The notes beneath the pieces are model-generated. The model did no database searches and was not told where the DNA came from. It saw nothing but the letters and a program-made list of their open reading frames with translations. Source: Escherichia phage vB_EcoM_ESCO56. From it: a stretch of DNA of 64,000 bases. The position numbers were made by a program, and so were the translations under genes. Shown here one piece after another: positions 7,865-17,100 of the stretch; the stretch's first letter is position 1; each line of letters opens with the position of its first letter. The DNA is taken from sequence record OM386665.1; one strand, written 5' to 3'.

Positions 7865-9280
7865 TTACCAGATATAACGGTCAACCATTACTGCTTTGAG
7901 CATTACGCTGATTGGGTCAAACTTCTCACCACCAAGTAGAGCTTTTAAAGTGGCTGGAGAGAAACCAGATACCATTGCTACACCGTTATCCTTAACAGAC
8001 ACTTCGCAAGTACCATTACGGTTTGCTAAGTACCAGAATACCAGTTGTGGCATCTCATATCCAGCTTTTTTGTACTTACTCTGAATTTCTTCAAAGTTTG
8101 TACGACCGTTAGCTCCATCAACCTGATTGAACTCCATATCGGAGAAGATGATAAGCTTACTTGGCATATCTTTCTGAGTCAAGTTATTTCTTTTACCTGT
8201 CTCAAGAATGCGGTCAAAAGCTGCTTGTAAGTTAGTTGAGCCATATTCAACGTGTCGCATCACCTGACGATGACGGTTTCGTAAATCACCACTCAGTTCG
8301 ATGAAGTGAGGGTTTGTTGAATAAACCATTAACTCATTCTTAAAGCAACCTGTATTGCGTTCTGCTACATACAATGCAAGTGAAACACCAATATCAAGAG
8401 CAGTAATTGAACCAAAATTCACCCAAGACATTGAGCATGAAACATCAGACATACATAGGATGTTTTCACCTTCTGCCATCCAGTTTGGTAGTGCCTTCCA
8501 CTGCTCATTAGCAACATCTGCATTACCATACTTAACAGATTTAATCACATCGTATGGGTAAACAGCACCAGCATTAATCTTAGCCTCACCCTTTGATAAG
8601 GACTCGATGTAGGCTTTGTAGCGCTCTCCATCTTTACGGTTAAACAGCTTTTGGTAACGTGCAGCAGCAAGTGAAGGAACCTTACTGTAGTCAATCTTAC
8701 CAAACTCGTTAGCAGAGATTTTTTGCTCAACTGTATCAGATAATGCAGACAACAGTGCGCGGTACTCTTTCTCACTCAAGTTGGCAAACTTGCAGAAACG
8801 TTTTACAAACTGCTTATGACGTGGTTTGACTCGTGGTAACCACTTGGCTGCCAAACCTGCTGTTGCAGGGTCTAGTAATGCTGCTTCTAAATGCTTGAAG
8901 GCATCTGTCTCAAAACGAGTGCCTACGAAGATTTTGAAGTCATCAAAACGACCAAGTTCTGCAATCTTATCCATAATGCGAAGAACCTGTGTAGGCTCTA
9001 AAACTTTGTCTTCAATCGCTTGAAGCAAAACAGTTCTGAAGGCTTTACGCTCACCCATACCTTCTCGTACATCTCGCATGTGCAGTAAAATACGAACTGC
9101 AACATCAACATCCTCACGCAAAGCTTTGTAGAACAGGTCTGGTAAGATTTCTACGTTGCTACGGCTTGAACCAGCAGCTTTGTAAAAGTCTACAAGGGCA
9201 GACATTGATGAAGTATGGTTTACAGCACCATTTTCAGTTCGACCTGCATGAAGGTGCGCATGTTTAAATAACTCGCTCAT
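7865..9280 (-). CDS. vWA-domain protein with MIDAS motif; N-terminal region possibly TROVE-like (Ro60-like)
   Basis: 471 aa; C-terminal hydrophobic strand then DVSCS (DxSxS MIDAS) within ILCMSDVSCSMSW; N-terminal alpha-rich region with TENGA...ALVDFY. Ro60-like call is from recalled family features, not a search. Confidence 0.5.
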   Translation of the reverse strand: MSELFKHAHLHAGRTENGAVNHTSSMSALVDFYKAAGSSRSNVEILPDLFYKALREDVDVAVRILLHMRDVREGMGERKAFRTVLLQAIEDKVLEPTQVLRIMDKIAELGRFDDFKIFVGTRFETDAFKHLEAALLDPATAGLAAKWLPRVKPRHKQFVKRFCKFANLSEKEYRALLSALSDTVEQKISANEFGKIDYSKVPSLAAARYQKLFNRKDGERYKAYIESLSKGEAKINAGAVYPYDVIKSVKYGNADVANEQWKALPNWMAEGENILCMSDVSCSMSWVNFGSITALDIGVSLALYVAERNTGCFKNELMVYSTNPHFIELSGDLRNRHRQVMRHVEYGSTNLQAAFDRILETGKRNNLTQKDMPSKLIIFSDMEFNQVDGANGRTNFEEIQSKYKKAGYEMPQLVFWYLANRNGTCEVSVKDNGVAMVSGFSPATLKALLGGEKFDPISVMLKAVMVDRYIW

Positions 9281-9361
9281 ATTTTACTCTCTTCTCTTAT
9301 TTGTTGTTTGATGTGACAGACTTTAGAGTTACTTTGTAGAGTCTGTCAACATCTTTTAAAA

Positions 9362-9733
9362 TTATTTTTTGAGAGTTGCAACAGCAGAGAACGTTGGTTT
9401 GTTATCTGTCTGAGACTGACCAGCATTATCAGGAGCCTTCTTAGTGTCTGCTGCAAGTGCTTTCATCTCACCTGCTGAGTGAGTAAAGATAGTTTTACCG
9501 ACCTCAATCATACTCTTGATGGTTACGTCGTCTGTGTTTAACCCGAACTCTGCAAGCTTAGCAGCATCCCTTGTAACAATCGCTTCAAACAACTTTGCAG
9601 CAAACTCAGCAGAATTATCAATGGTCAGTTGAGCTTTTACGAGAGAGCTTTTGTTACGGGAGCCTTTTGGTCTTCCAGATGGGTTTCCAGATTGGCCTTT
9701 TTTAAACTGGCCTTTGTTTGTTCTGTTTTTCAT
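9362..9733 (-). CDS. hypothetical basic protein with N-terminal GNPSGRPKG motif (possible DNA-binding, terminase-small-subunit-like N-terminus)
   Basis: 123 aa; N-terminus KGQFKKGQSGNPSGRPKGSRN resembles a motif I recall from phage small terminase / DUF5681 proteins. Confidence 0.4.
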   Translation of the reverse strand: MKNRTNKGQFKKGQSGNPSGRPKGSRNKSSLVKAQLTIDNSAEFAAKLFEAIVTRDAAKLAEFGLNTDDVTIKSMIEVGKTIFTHSAGEMKALAADTKKAPDNAGQSQTDNKPTFSAVATLKK

Positions 9734-9982
9734 TGGTATGCCTCTTATAAGACCTCTTAAAAGGCTTTTAAGATAAAAGATAGATATCCAGAAAGAAATC
9801 TATTTAAATAGCCTTTTTAGAGGAACCTTTTAAGTTATCTTCTAAGTATTTATAAGCCTATACCTTGTCAAGTGCTTTGTCAACAACTTTTTTAACTTGC
9901 AATAGTTCTTGACTTGTTGTATGGATTACTGTACCATCTTAATTAAAGCTGTAGGTCTGCCTTGTTCTACAAAGGAGACTTA

Positions 9983-10144
9983 ATGAGAAAATCAAATAAA
10001 CCGAAGAAAGGTAAGAATACCAATCACTGTAAGGAATCAAAAAGGGTAGAATTAATCTACTATTCATCCTCTGAAATTGGTCTGTACCTGTTCTTTCAAA
10101 ATTACAGAAGACAAGAGGATTATCTATGTGTAGTTCCCAATTAG
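9983..10144 (+). CDS. hypothetical small basic protein
   Basis: Track ORF 9962..10144 trimmed to ATG at 9983 with AAGGAGA RBS 6 nt upstream; first gene of plus-strand operon. Confidence 0.4.
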   Translation: MRKSNKPKKGKNTNHCKESKRVELIYYSSSEIGLYLFFQNYRRQEDYLCVVPN

Positions 10145-10359
10145 AAATCGCAGATATTATAGACTTATATCAAACTGCAAAGAGTCATGGCTATATAACC
10201 TCAATTGGAAAGAATAGTCACTATGATGCTTTGACTGGAATGTATTTCAGGGCAATGGCTCAATCTAGTGAACAACACTTAATGGTTTCTTCCAGTGAGT
10301 TTACTTCGTTTCTCTATTGCAGCAAAATTATAAACCGCAGGAGAACTGAAAAATGTTAA
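10126..10359 (+). CDS. hypothetical protein
   Basis: 77 aa ORF with AGAGGA RBS; start overlaps preceding ORF. Confidence 0.45.
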   Translation: MCSSQLEIADIIDLYQTAKSHGYITSIGKNSHYDALTGMYFRAMAQSSEQHLMVSSSEFTSFLYCSKIINRRRTEKC

Positions 10360-10943
10360 CAGTAAGTTTTAATTACAATAGTGATGGCTCTGTATCAATT
10401 AATTCACCGTATGCAAATGACCTATTGAAAGAGTTAGTTAATCAGTGCTGTAGAGGTCTTCACTATGTTCCAACTTCTTTTAAACAGAAGACTATTGCTA
10501 ATAACTTGATGCGTATAACAGTGACGACATCGAATCCAAATTATAACTTTGATAGTGAAAGTCCGTATTCATTAGTTGCGCTTGGAGAGAGCAGCCAATT
10601 CAAACTTGTTTGCCACGACTCAGAAACATTTCTTAAGGTATTTTCCAGCCTTATCCATAATAATAAGTACAGCTACGTTGATGGTAGTGTAAACTTCTAT
10701 CCAGCAAACTATACATGTTTGTTGGTTGATAATATGCGAAAAAGTAAGCAAGAGCCTACAAAAATTTCATTTGATGTGAACTCTAGTCCAGATGCAGAAA
10801 CAAGTAAGAACTTTGATATGAGTTACGCATTGTCACTCAGTAAGAAATCCGAGTTCATTGATTATGTCAATGGATTTGGTTTTAAGTTTGATGAGAGTAT
10901 GAATCTTAAAAAACTTAAGAACCTACTTAAGACCAAAACTTAA
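10353..10943 (+). CDS. hypothetical protein
   Basis: 196 aa ORF, GGAGA RBS, start overlaps upstream stop. Confidence 0.6.
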   Translation: MLTVSFNYNSDGSVSINSPYANDLLKELVNQCCRGLHYVPTSFKQKTIANNLMRITVTTSNPNYNFDSESPYSLVALGESSQFKLVCHDSETFLKVFSSLIHNNKYSYVDGSVNFYPANYTCLLVDNMRKSKQEPTKISFDVNSSPDAETSKNFDMSYALSLSKKSEFIDYVNGFGFKFDESMNLKKLKNLLKTKT

Positions 10944-10990
10944 GTGTGAATAGGGGCTAATGCCCCTTTAACTATTTATAAGGGTATTTA

Positions 10991-11365
10991 ATGCAAGCTA
11001 AGAGTGCAAAAGACTTTTATTGCTTCCTGCAAACCTATATCAATTCCGTGCAAAATGGTGAAAGGTACAACCTTAATGATGTTATCCCAACACCTTTGAC
11101 ATGGAGGCTCGATAAATGGCCTGAAGAAGATATTACACCAACAAGCGAACAGTGTACCTACAATCCTGAAATCAATCTTCCAGACTCTGAGAATCTATTA
11201 TATCCAATGTTCCATATTGTTGGTCTTGGAAGATTTCTTATGGATATCCAGTATGTAATTGGTAAAGATTATAAGGTTAAAGGTATTGTTGTTGGTGATG
11301 TATCTCCGCATCACAAAGGTTATTTTAGACTAAACGCACATTTAGAGGCTAAAAGAAATGATTAA
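10991..11365 (+). CDS. hypothetical protein; paralogous to the N-terminal domain of the downstream Ig-repeat protein
   Basis: 124 aa; shares motifs (FxxFVxxV..GxRY, ..LLY..G...F.MD.QY.I) with residues 1-115 of ORF 11358..12491. Confidence 0.6.
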   Translation: MQAKSAKDFYCFLQTYINSVQNGERYNLNDVIPTPLTWRLDKWPEEDITPTSEQCTYNPEINLPDSENLLYPMFHIVGLGRFLMDIQYVIGKDYKVKGIVVGDVSPHHKGYFRLNAHLEAKRND

Positions 11366-12491
11366 AGCAAAGACTTACCCAGACTTCAAAGAGTTTGTGA
11401 ATGGCTTCGTTGCAAATGTAAAGGCTGGTAAGAGATATGATTTTAGAACATATCAGGAGGCTATTTTACCGCTTACCTATAGTTCATATTGGCCTGAAGC
11501 TGATATTGCAGAAGTTGAGGAGTTTGACTACGAGCCAGACTACAAAGTTCCATTTAGTGATGAGTTGCTTTACAGCATCGGTGCTCAAATGAGGACTTCT
11601 GACTTCTTCATGGACTTACAATATGCAATTATCAATGATAAAGATGTTGATACGGTTTATTGTGAATGGTTGGCAAGAGTTAAACCATTCTCAATGCTGA
11701 ATGCTAAGTTGAAGGATGCTATCAAGCCACCAGTAATCACTCAACATCCAACCAATCAAACAGTAAATGAGGGTGGTACACTTACTCTAAGTGTTGTTGC
11801 AACGAATGCTACTGGATATCAATGGAAAAAGGATGGTGAGGATATCACTAGTGCCACATCTGCAACCTACACCAAAGAAAGTGCAACCACTGCTGATGCT
11901 GGTTCTTATACTTGTGTTGTGTCTGGAGAGGCTGGTACAAGTGTTACCTCAGATGCGGCAACAGTTACTATCAACGCACTGCCTGTGATTACACAGCAAC
12001 CTTCTAGCCAGACCATCAATGAGGGTGGAAACATTAACTTGGAAGTGACTGCAACAGGTGCAACAGGCTATCAGTGGAAGAAAGATGGCTCTGACATTCC
12101 TTCGGCTACAGAGGCTACCTATAGCAAGTCTGGTGCGCTTCCAGCAGATGCAGGTTCATACACTTGCGTTGTAACAGGTGCAGGTGGTTCTGTGGAATCT
12201 GATGCTGCAACAGTTACTGTGAATGCACTTCCGGTAATCACTCAACATCCAACCAGTCAAGAAATCACTGAAGGTGATACCTTAACGCTGAATGTTGTGG
12301 CAACTGGTGCAACAGGCTACCAGTGGAAGAAAGGTGAGGAGGACATCCTCGATGCAACTACTGCAACTTACACCAAAGAAGGTGCAACCGCTGCTGATGC
12401 AGGAGGCTACACTTGTGTAGTTACTGGTGCAGGTGGCTCTGTAATATCTCATACAGCAACAGTTACAGTTAACCCAGAAGGGGAGGCATAA
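11358..12491 (+). CDS. protein with three tandem Ig-like repeats
   Basis: 377 aa; after a 115-aa N-terminal domain, three 83-aa repeats each beginning PVITQ(H/Q)P..Q.(I/V)NEGG and containing GYQWKK and AGSYTCVV (I-set Ig-like signature). Confidence 0.7.
   Translation: MIKAKTYPDFKEFVNGFVANVKAGKRYDFRTYQEAILPLTYSSYWPEADIAEVEEFDYEPDYKVPFSDELLYSIGAQMRTSDFFMDLQYAIINDKDVDTVYCEWLARVKPFSMLNAKLKDAIKPPVITQHPTNQTVNEGGTLTLSVVATNATGYQWKKDGEDITSATSATYTKESATTADAGSYTCVVSGEAGTSVTSDAATVTINALPVITQQPSSQTINEGGNINLEVTATGATGYQWKKDGSDIPSATEATYSKSGALPADAGSYTCVVTGAGGSVESDAATVTVNALPVITQHPTSQEITEGDTLTLNVVATGATGYQWKKGEEDILDATTATYTKEGATAADAGGYTCVVTGAGGSVISHTATVTVNPEGEA
11730..12470 (+). repeat. three tandem coding repeats of about 249 bp (Ig-like domains)
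   Basis: Repeat starts near 11730, 11979 and 12228; nucleotide-level similarity visible (ccagtaatcactcaacatcca / ctgcctgtgattacacagcaac / cttccggtaatcactcaacatcca). Confidence 0.7.
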
Positions 12492-12955
12492 TGCAACTCT
12501 CAAGAAAAGGTTTAGAAGCTATTAAGTTCTTTGAAGGTCTTAAGCTAGAGGCTTACGAAGATTCTGCTGGAATCCCCACAATTGGGTATGGGACTATCCG
12601 TATTGCTGGTAAACCTGTTAAGATGGGTATGAAGATTACCGCTGAACAAGCTGAACAGTATCTTCTTGCAGATGTTGAAAAGTTCGTTGCAGCAGTGAAC
12701 AAAGCCATCAAGGTTCCAACTTCCCAGAATGAGTTTGACGCACTTGTAAGTGAAACATACAACATTGGCATCACAGCTATGCAGGATTCCACATTTATCA
12801 AGCGCCACAATGCTGGTAATAAGGTCGGTTGTGCAGAAGCTATGCAGTGGTGGAACAAGGTTACAGTCAAAGGTAAGAAGGTCACTTCAAACGGTCTTAA
12901 AAACAGACGTAGAATGGAAGCTGCCATTTATCTTGACAATCTATACCCAAAGTAA
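12491..12955 (+). CDS. endolysin, GH24 lysozyme (T4/lambda lysozyme fold)
   Basis: 154 aa; FEGLKLEAYEDSAGIPTIGYGT catalytic-Glu region typical of GH24 lysozymes; ATG overlaps upstream stop (TAATG). Confidence 0.85.
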   Translation: MQLSRKGLEAIKFFEGLKLEAYEDSAGIPTIGYGTIRIAGKPVKMGMKITAEQAEQYLLADVEKFVAAVNKAIKVPTSQNEFDALVSETYNIGITAMQDSTFIKRHNAGNKVGCAEAMQWWNKVTVKGKKVTSNGLKNRRRMEAAIYLDNLYPK

Positions 12956-12965
12956 TATCTTCATA

Positions 12966-12991
12966 GGCTCCTTCGGGAGCCTTTTTATTTT
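12966..12991 (+). terminator. intrinsic terminator
   Basis: GGCTCC-TTCG-GGAGCC hairpin followed by TTTTTATTTT, directly after the endolysin stop. Confidence 0.75.
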
Positions 12992-13005
12992 CTAAGGAGA
13001 AAACT

Positions 13006-13404
13006 ATGAAACTTTGGGCTAGTGACTTTGGAACTTTTAAGTACACTCGTGATGGTTCAATGGTGAGGATTATTGGCAGCCAGATTGTAGTAAGTGGTGA
13101 TGAGGTTTGTACAAAGTTCACTGTAGAGTTAGCTGAACTATCACCTATTACCCGTGCTAAGAATGGGTTTTTCAGGTTCGAGATTTACAAAGTAGATGAG
13201 TACGGTCGGTTCAACCCTCTTGGAGAGAGTGGATTAGATATTATTTCTGAACACCCATTGACAGCAGAGCAATTGTCAGGTTATTATAAAACTCTACTTG
13301 AAAGAGAGTTAGCAACACACGAGTGTGAAGCAAAATATCACATAGAGCGTTGTGAAACACTCAAAGAAAAGATAAAACTAGCAGAGAGAGGTTTTTATGA
13401 ATAA
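13006..13404 (+). CDS. hypothetical protein
   Basis: 132 aa ORF with AAGGAGA RBS. Confidence 0.6.
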   Translation: MKLWASDFGTFKYTRDGSMVRIIGSQIVVSGDEVCTKFTVELAELSPITRAKNGFFRFEIYKVDEYGRFNPLGESGLDIISEHPLTAEQLSGYYKTLLERELATHECEAKYHIERCETLKEKIKLAERGFYE

Positions 13405-13792
13405 TAACAGTCATATTCACGTTAAAGTTGATGTCAGCCGTTACAGCGAAAATGAGGAACTAGACCTGCAAGATGCTATTCTATTTGAGAAGAATGGTAA
13501 TCTCCATCTGCACTTCGAAGGTACAAACACATATCTCCACAGATGTCGAGATGATGCAGATGGTTGCCCTGTTTTTGCTTGGTATAATTTAGAGTTCCCT
13601 CTTTACGCAATCCACTACCCAGATGGTGGAGAAGACTGGACAACTCAGTCAATTTTTGATGAGCTTAACGGTGTTCCGGTTGAGCAAGAAGAGCAAGAGC
13701 CTGTCGAACTGACCTTCACCTTCGTCAAAGAAGAAACGGTTGGTGATTTGTCAGTAACTGAAGCTATTCAGGTAACACAGGTTATTCGTTAA
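13397..13792 (+). CDS. hypothetical protein
   Basis: 131 aa ORF, overlapping start/stop with neighbours. Confidence 0.55.
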   Translation: MNNNSHIHVKVDVSRYSENEELDLQDAILFEKNGNLHLHFEGTNTYLHRCRDDADGCPVFAWYNLEFPLYAIHYPDGGEDWTTQSIFDELNGVPVEQEEQEPVELTFTFVKEETVGDLSVTEAIQVTQVIR

Positions 13793-14085
13793 TGAGTAAA
13801 GTACAGGTTATTTTCCCTATTTGTGACTTCTCACTAGAGCGTGAACTTGACCTGTACGAAGAAATTACTGACGAAATTATCTGGTCTGTTGTAGAAGAGG
13901 CTATCAAGAAACTATATGGTGGCCTCTTAAACCCATCAAGTAAGAAGTTAAGCACTAAGCAAGTAGCTGACCCATATGTTTCATACGATGCCTACAACAA
14001 ACCTTTTGAGAATACCTGCTTTGACCTTATGGTAGGTAATAACAAAGTCAACTATTTCTTCGTCAGAGAGTTTAACGATGAGTAA
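13792..14085 (+). CDS. hypothetical protein
   Basis: 97 aa ORF, ATGA start/stop overlap with upstream gene. Confidence 0.5.
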   Translation: MSKVQVIFPICDFSLERELDLYEEITDEIIWSVVEEAIKKLYGGLLNPSSKKLSTKQVADPYVSYDAYNKPFENTCFDLMVGNNKVNYFFVREFNDE

Positions 14086-14422
14086 GCTCCATGTCACAGT
14101 GTACAAAAACTTCTCAGATATTAAAGAGTCTTTAACAAATAAGCTTGACTTACAACGTAAAAGGCTCTTTTTAATGTACGATATCGACAACTACGACCAT
14201 CCTAAAGAGTTTAACTACAAAGGTGGTACAAAGGTTGTTGAATTTGAAGACTCTGTGACGGTATATGTCAAGCATGACTTACCAGCAAAGGACATAGGGA
14301 TGTTAGAGTATTACATATTCAAACATACTGGTATGCGTGGTGAATCTGTCAAGATATCCTCTGTAGAAGTTTTTGAGAAACCTAACACACAACTTAAAAA
14401 GTATTTAATGAGGAAACTGTAA
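14078..14422 (+). CDS. hypothetical protein
   Basis: 114 aa ORF in same operon. Confidence 0.5.
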   Translation: MSKLHVTVYKNFSDIKESLTNKLDLQRKRLFLMYDIDNYDHPKEFNYKGGTKVVEFEDSVTVYVKHDLPAKDIGMLEYYIFKHTGMRGESVKISSVEVFEKPNTQLKKYLMRKL

Positions 14423-15003
14423 TGTCCGAAGAGCAACAGGATATCATTCCACAAGTAACACTGGTACAACATTTTGGAAATATTGAAGGGTGTATTGCAC
14501 TTTTTCAACCAAGTATCAACTCTCCTGCAAAAGTTTGCAAGTTGACTATGAATGTTAACAATATCAGTGTTTGCCTTGTGGAAGAAGTTCAATATTTCAA
14601 GTTTAACGACAGAGAGGTTGACGCTGCACTATTGAAGTATCGAGCAAGCCTCGAAAAAGATATTGACCACAAAGAACTTGTAACACTATTTGGTGACCTT
14701 CACAAGCTTCTTGAAAAGGTTATGAAACGCACATATTACATGAATAATGGTTCAATCATCACCACTTTGATTTCACCATGTATTTCAGAGCCAATTTTAA
14801 CTGATGACGGTGGATACTACGTGGTAGCATCAGCAGATTCTGATTGGTGGATGAAGAACACAGCACTTAAAACAGTGATTGAGGCTATCCGCGAACATAT
14901 CCCTACATTTAGTCCGTGGAAAGGTAAAAGTGATGATTTTATCGCACTATTGAGTGAAGAGAGCAACAAGCGCAGTGCATTACTGCCTAAAAAATACTCT
15001 TGA
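14422..15003 (+). CDS. hypothetical protein
   Basis: 193 aa ORF, start overlaps upstream stop. Confidence 0.55.
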   Translation: MSEEQQDIIPQVTLVQHFGNIEGCIALFQPSINSPAKVCKLTMNVNNISVCLVEEVQYFKFNDREVDAALLKYRASLEKDIDHKELVTLFGDLHKLLEKVMKRTYYMNNGSIITTLISPCISEPILTDDGGYYVVASADSDWWMKNTALKTVIEAIREHIPTFSPWKGKSDDFIALLSEESNKRSALLPKKYS

Positions 15004-15075
15004 CCGAGTATACAATATTGACTATGATGGGAGCTATTGAGAGATAGTTCCCTTTTTAGTTTCTGGAGAATAGAC

Positions 15076-15621
15076 ATGGCTAAAGTGAAAGAACACGATA
15101 AAATTATTTTGTATGTTAAACAGAATCCTTCAAAGAGTGTTGAGGCTGTTGTAACACACATCTCACACAATGGAACAGTTTATTTCCGACCACTGAAGAA
15201 CTTAGACTTTGACACAACACCAAACCACACATTCAGTTCTCCTGCAAGACTGTGTGCAGGGATTGTATACTCAACCGCTGAGATTGAGTCCTTATCTTTC
15301 ACAGGTGCTTACAAAAACTTTATAGGGATTGCTTTAAAGGACTCTGAGGAATCTTTTAAATTCTTCATGGAGACCAATAAAGGTTGTTACGCACATGTTA
15401 TGCCCGTCTATAAGAAAGTTGACACAGAACTTACAAGCAAGTGCGAAGAGCTTAGTAGTGACCTGAAGGAGCGTAAAACAGCTATTCAGAATGCCATTTA
15501 CATCATTGAGAGGGACCACTTAGAAGTTCTTTTCAGAGATATGCTAAAAGCAGGGTTTACCCCAAACGAAATTACAAGAGAAACACAACGCCAGTTCAGA
15601 AATGCTATGGTGAAAGAATGA
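15076..15621 (+). CDS. hypothetical protein
   Basis: Track ORF 15037..15621 trimmed to ATG at 15076 (MAKVKEHDK...) preceded by GGAGA. Confidence 0.55.
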   Translation: MAKVKEHDKIILYVKQNPSKSVEAVVTHISHNGTVYFRPLKNLDFDTTPNHTFSSPARLCAGIVYSTAEIESLSFTGAYKNFIGIALKDSEESFKFFMETNKGCYAHVMPVYKKVDTELTSKCEELSSDLKERKTAIQNAIYIIERDHLEVLFRDMLKAGFTPNEITRETQRQFRNAMVKE

Positions 15622-15836
15622 AAAAATTAACTACAGTTGAAGATTACTACAAACTATCCTTGTTAGAACAGTATCGCAGAAGCCAGAATATCAGAAAATG
15701 CTATGGTAGACACGCTGAATGTGACTTTTACCATTGCTATGATGCAGATTTAAAAGGTGTAACACCTAGAGGTAAAGTCCTACATAGGCTTGTTGACCTT
15801 GAATGGGACAAACGATTGAGAGAGGTTGGAAAATGA
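15618..15836 (+). CDS. hypothetical protein
   Basis: 72 aa ORF; ATGA overlap with upstream stop. Confidence 0.45.
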   Translation: MKKLTTVEDYYKLSLLEQYRRSQNIRKCYGRHAECDFYHCYDADLKGVTPRGKVLHRLVDLEWDKRLREVGK

Positions 15837-16336
15837 TTTACGAAGAAAGATACAAAATAGATTACCAGAAGACTGGTCATCATGTCTCCCTAAGAGTAAC
15901 CAAACCGAATGGAGATACCGGTATCATAGCACATTTTGGTGGTGATTATTGGTACGGCACAGGTTGCTTTGAAGGCTACAGTCAAGAATACTTGAAAGCT
16001 TTCTACAGAGACTTTACAAATGACTACAACAGGCTTGTTGACGAAAAGAATAAGTGCATTAAGCATGAACACCGTGCCAGAGGTTGCCTAAGTATTGTTA
16101 TGGTACTGGCGTTCTTCTTAGCAATGTTACTGACAGTATCAGTAATCAGTTGTATAGCTCAAGACTTGACCATTACACAGATTACTGCAAAGCTGCATGA
16201 TATCTGGTACTTGTATACTGTTCCTTTAGCTGGTATTATCATCTCACTAATGAGGTTCAGAGTTCATAAGAAACGACTTAAGGACTCTGAAGTTAAACTT
16301 GAAGAGGTAAGTAAAGAATGCAACCTACAATTATAG
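15833..16336 (+). CDS. hypothetical membrane protein
   Basis: Track ORF 15803..16336 trimmed to ATG at 15833; contains transmembrane stretch CLSIVMVLAFFLAMLLTVSVISCIA. Confidence 0.5.
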   Translation: MIYEERYKIDYQKTGHHVSLRVTKPNGDTGIIAHFGGDYWYGTGCFEGYSQEYLKAFYRDFTNDYNRLVDEKNKCIKHEHRARGCLSIVMVLAFFLAMLLTVSVISCIAQDLTITQITAKLHDIWYLYTVPLAGIIISLMRFRVHKKRLKDSEVKLEEVSKECNLQL

Positions 16337-16412
16337 CTTTATGTGTTCGTTTTGCAATCGCTGAAATGATTAACAAGGCAATCTTAAAAGACGCCTATGG
16401 AGAGACTAAGTA

Positions 16413-16637
16413 ATGATTAAGACACCTGTACCAATTTTTGGATTTCCTTCTATAGAAGAGTTTAAAGTTTATCTTGACAAAAACTTCTACAATGAGCAGC
16501 CTGTAACGCTTCTGAAGAGTGACTTATCAGAGCTTCTTGATATGATTATCAAGGCAACTTCTGAGAAGGAACCTGAACAGAAAGCTGAGAAGAAGACTAG
16601 TAAGAAATCCGATAAGAAGACTGAAAAGTCTGAGTAA
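16413..16637 (+). CDS. hypothetical protein with lysine-rich C-terminus
   Basis: 74 aa ORF; C-terminus KAEKKTSKKSDKKTEKSE. Confidence 0.45.
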   Translation: MIKTPVPIFGFPSIEEFKVYLDKNFYNEQPVTLLKSDLSELLDMIIKATSEKEPEQKAEKKTSKKSDKKTEKSE

Positions 16638-16689
16638 TAACTTAGGGGTTACTTGATAGCCCCTTTGTAGAAACTTAGAAGGTAGCGAA

Positions 16690-17100
16690 ATGAAAATTAA
16701 AGAAGTCGTTCAAAAAGCAATGCTTGACAACTCGACTAAAGATGAAATGTACAATGACATTTGTGATAAGTTGAATTGCTCAAGACATGCTGCTAAGGTT
16801 CTTGTACATTGTTTTATCTGGGAATGCTCAGAAGCTGGTGAGAATCTAAAAGAACCTGAAGTGAAAACAGTCCCTAAAGTTGGTAATGTTTACCGTCTTA
16901 AAGACTTCAAGACTGGAAAGATTGTTGCAAAAGGTGTAGTAGAGTCTGTCTATCATGATGGTAAATACTTACTTAAAATATTTGAGTATGATAGCCGCTA
17001 TACACACTTGTGTGGTCTTACATTTTTAGTAACAGAAGAAGACCTCATTAAAAACAATGACAACAAGTTTGCAGTACCAGACTTCCAAGTTTTACGATAA
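16690..17100 (+). CDS. hypothetical protein
   Basis: 136 aa ORF with GAAGGTAGCG..ATG context. Confidence 0.5.
   Translation: MKIKEVVQKAMLDNSTKDEMYNDICDKLNCSRHAAKVLVHCFIWECSEAGENLKEPEVKTVPKVGNVYRLKDFKTGKIVAKGVVESVYHDGKYLLKIFEYDSRYTHLCGLTFLVTEEDLIKNNDNKFAVPDFQVLR

Noticed and set aside
12282-12995. Minus-strand track ORFs 12282..12503, 12545..12808, 12553..12927 and plus ORF 12750..12995
   Set aside because: Antisense to or out of frame with the Ig-repeat gene and the GH24 lysozyme, whose motifs make them the real genes.
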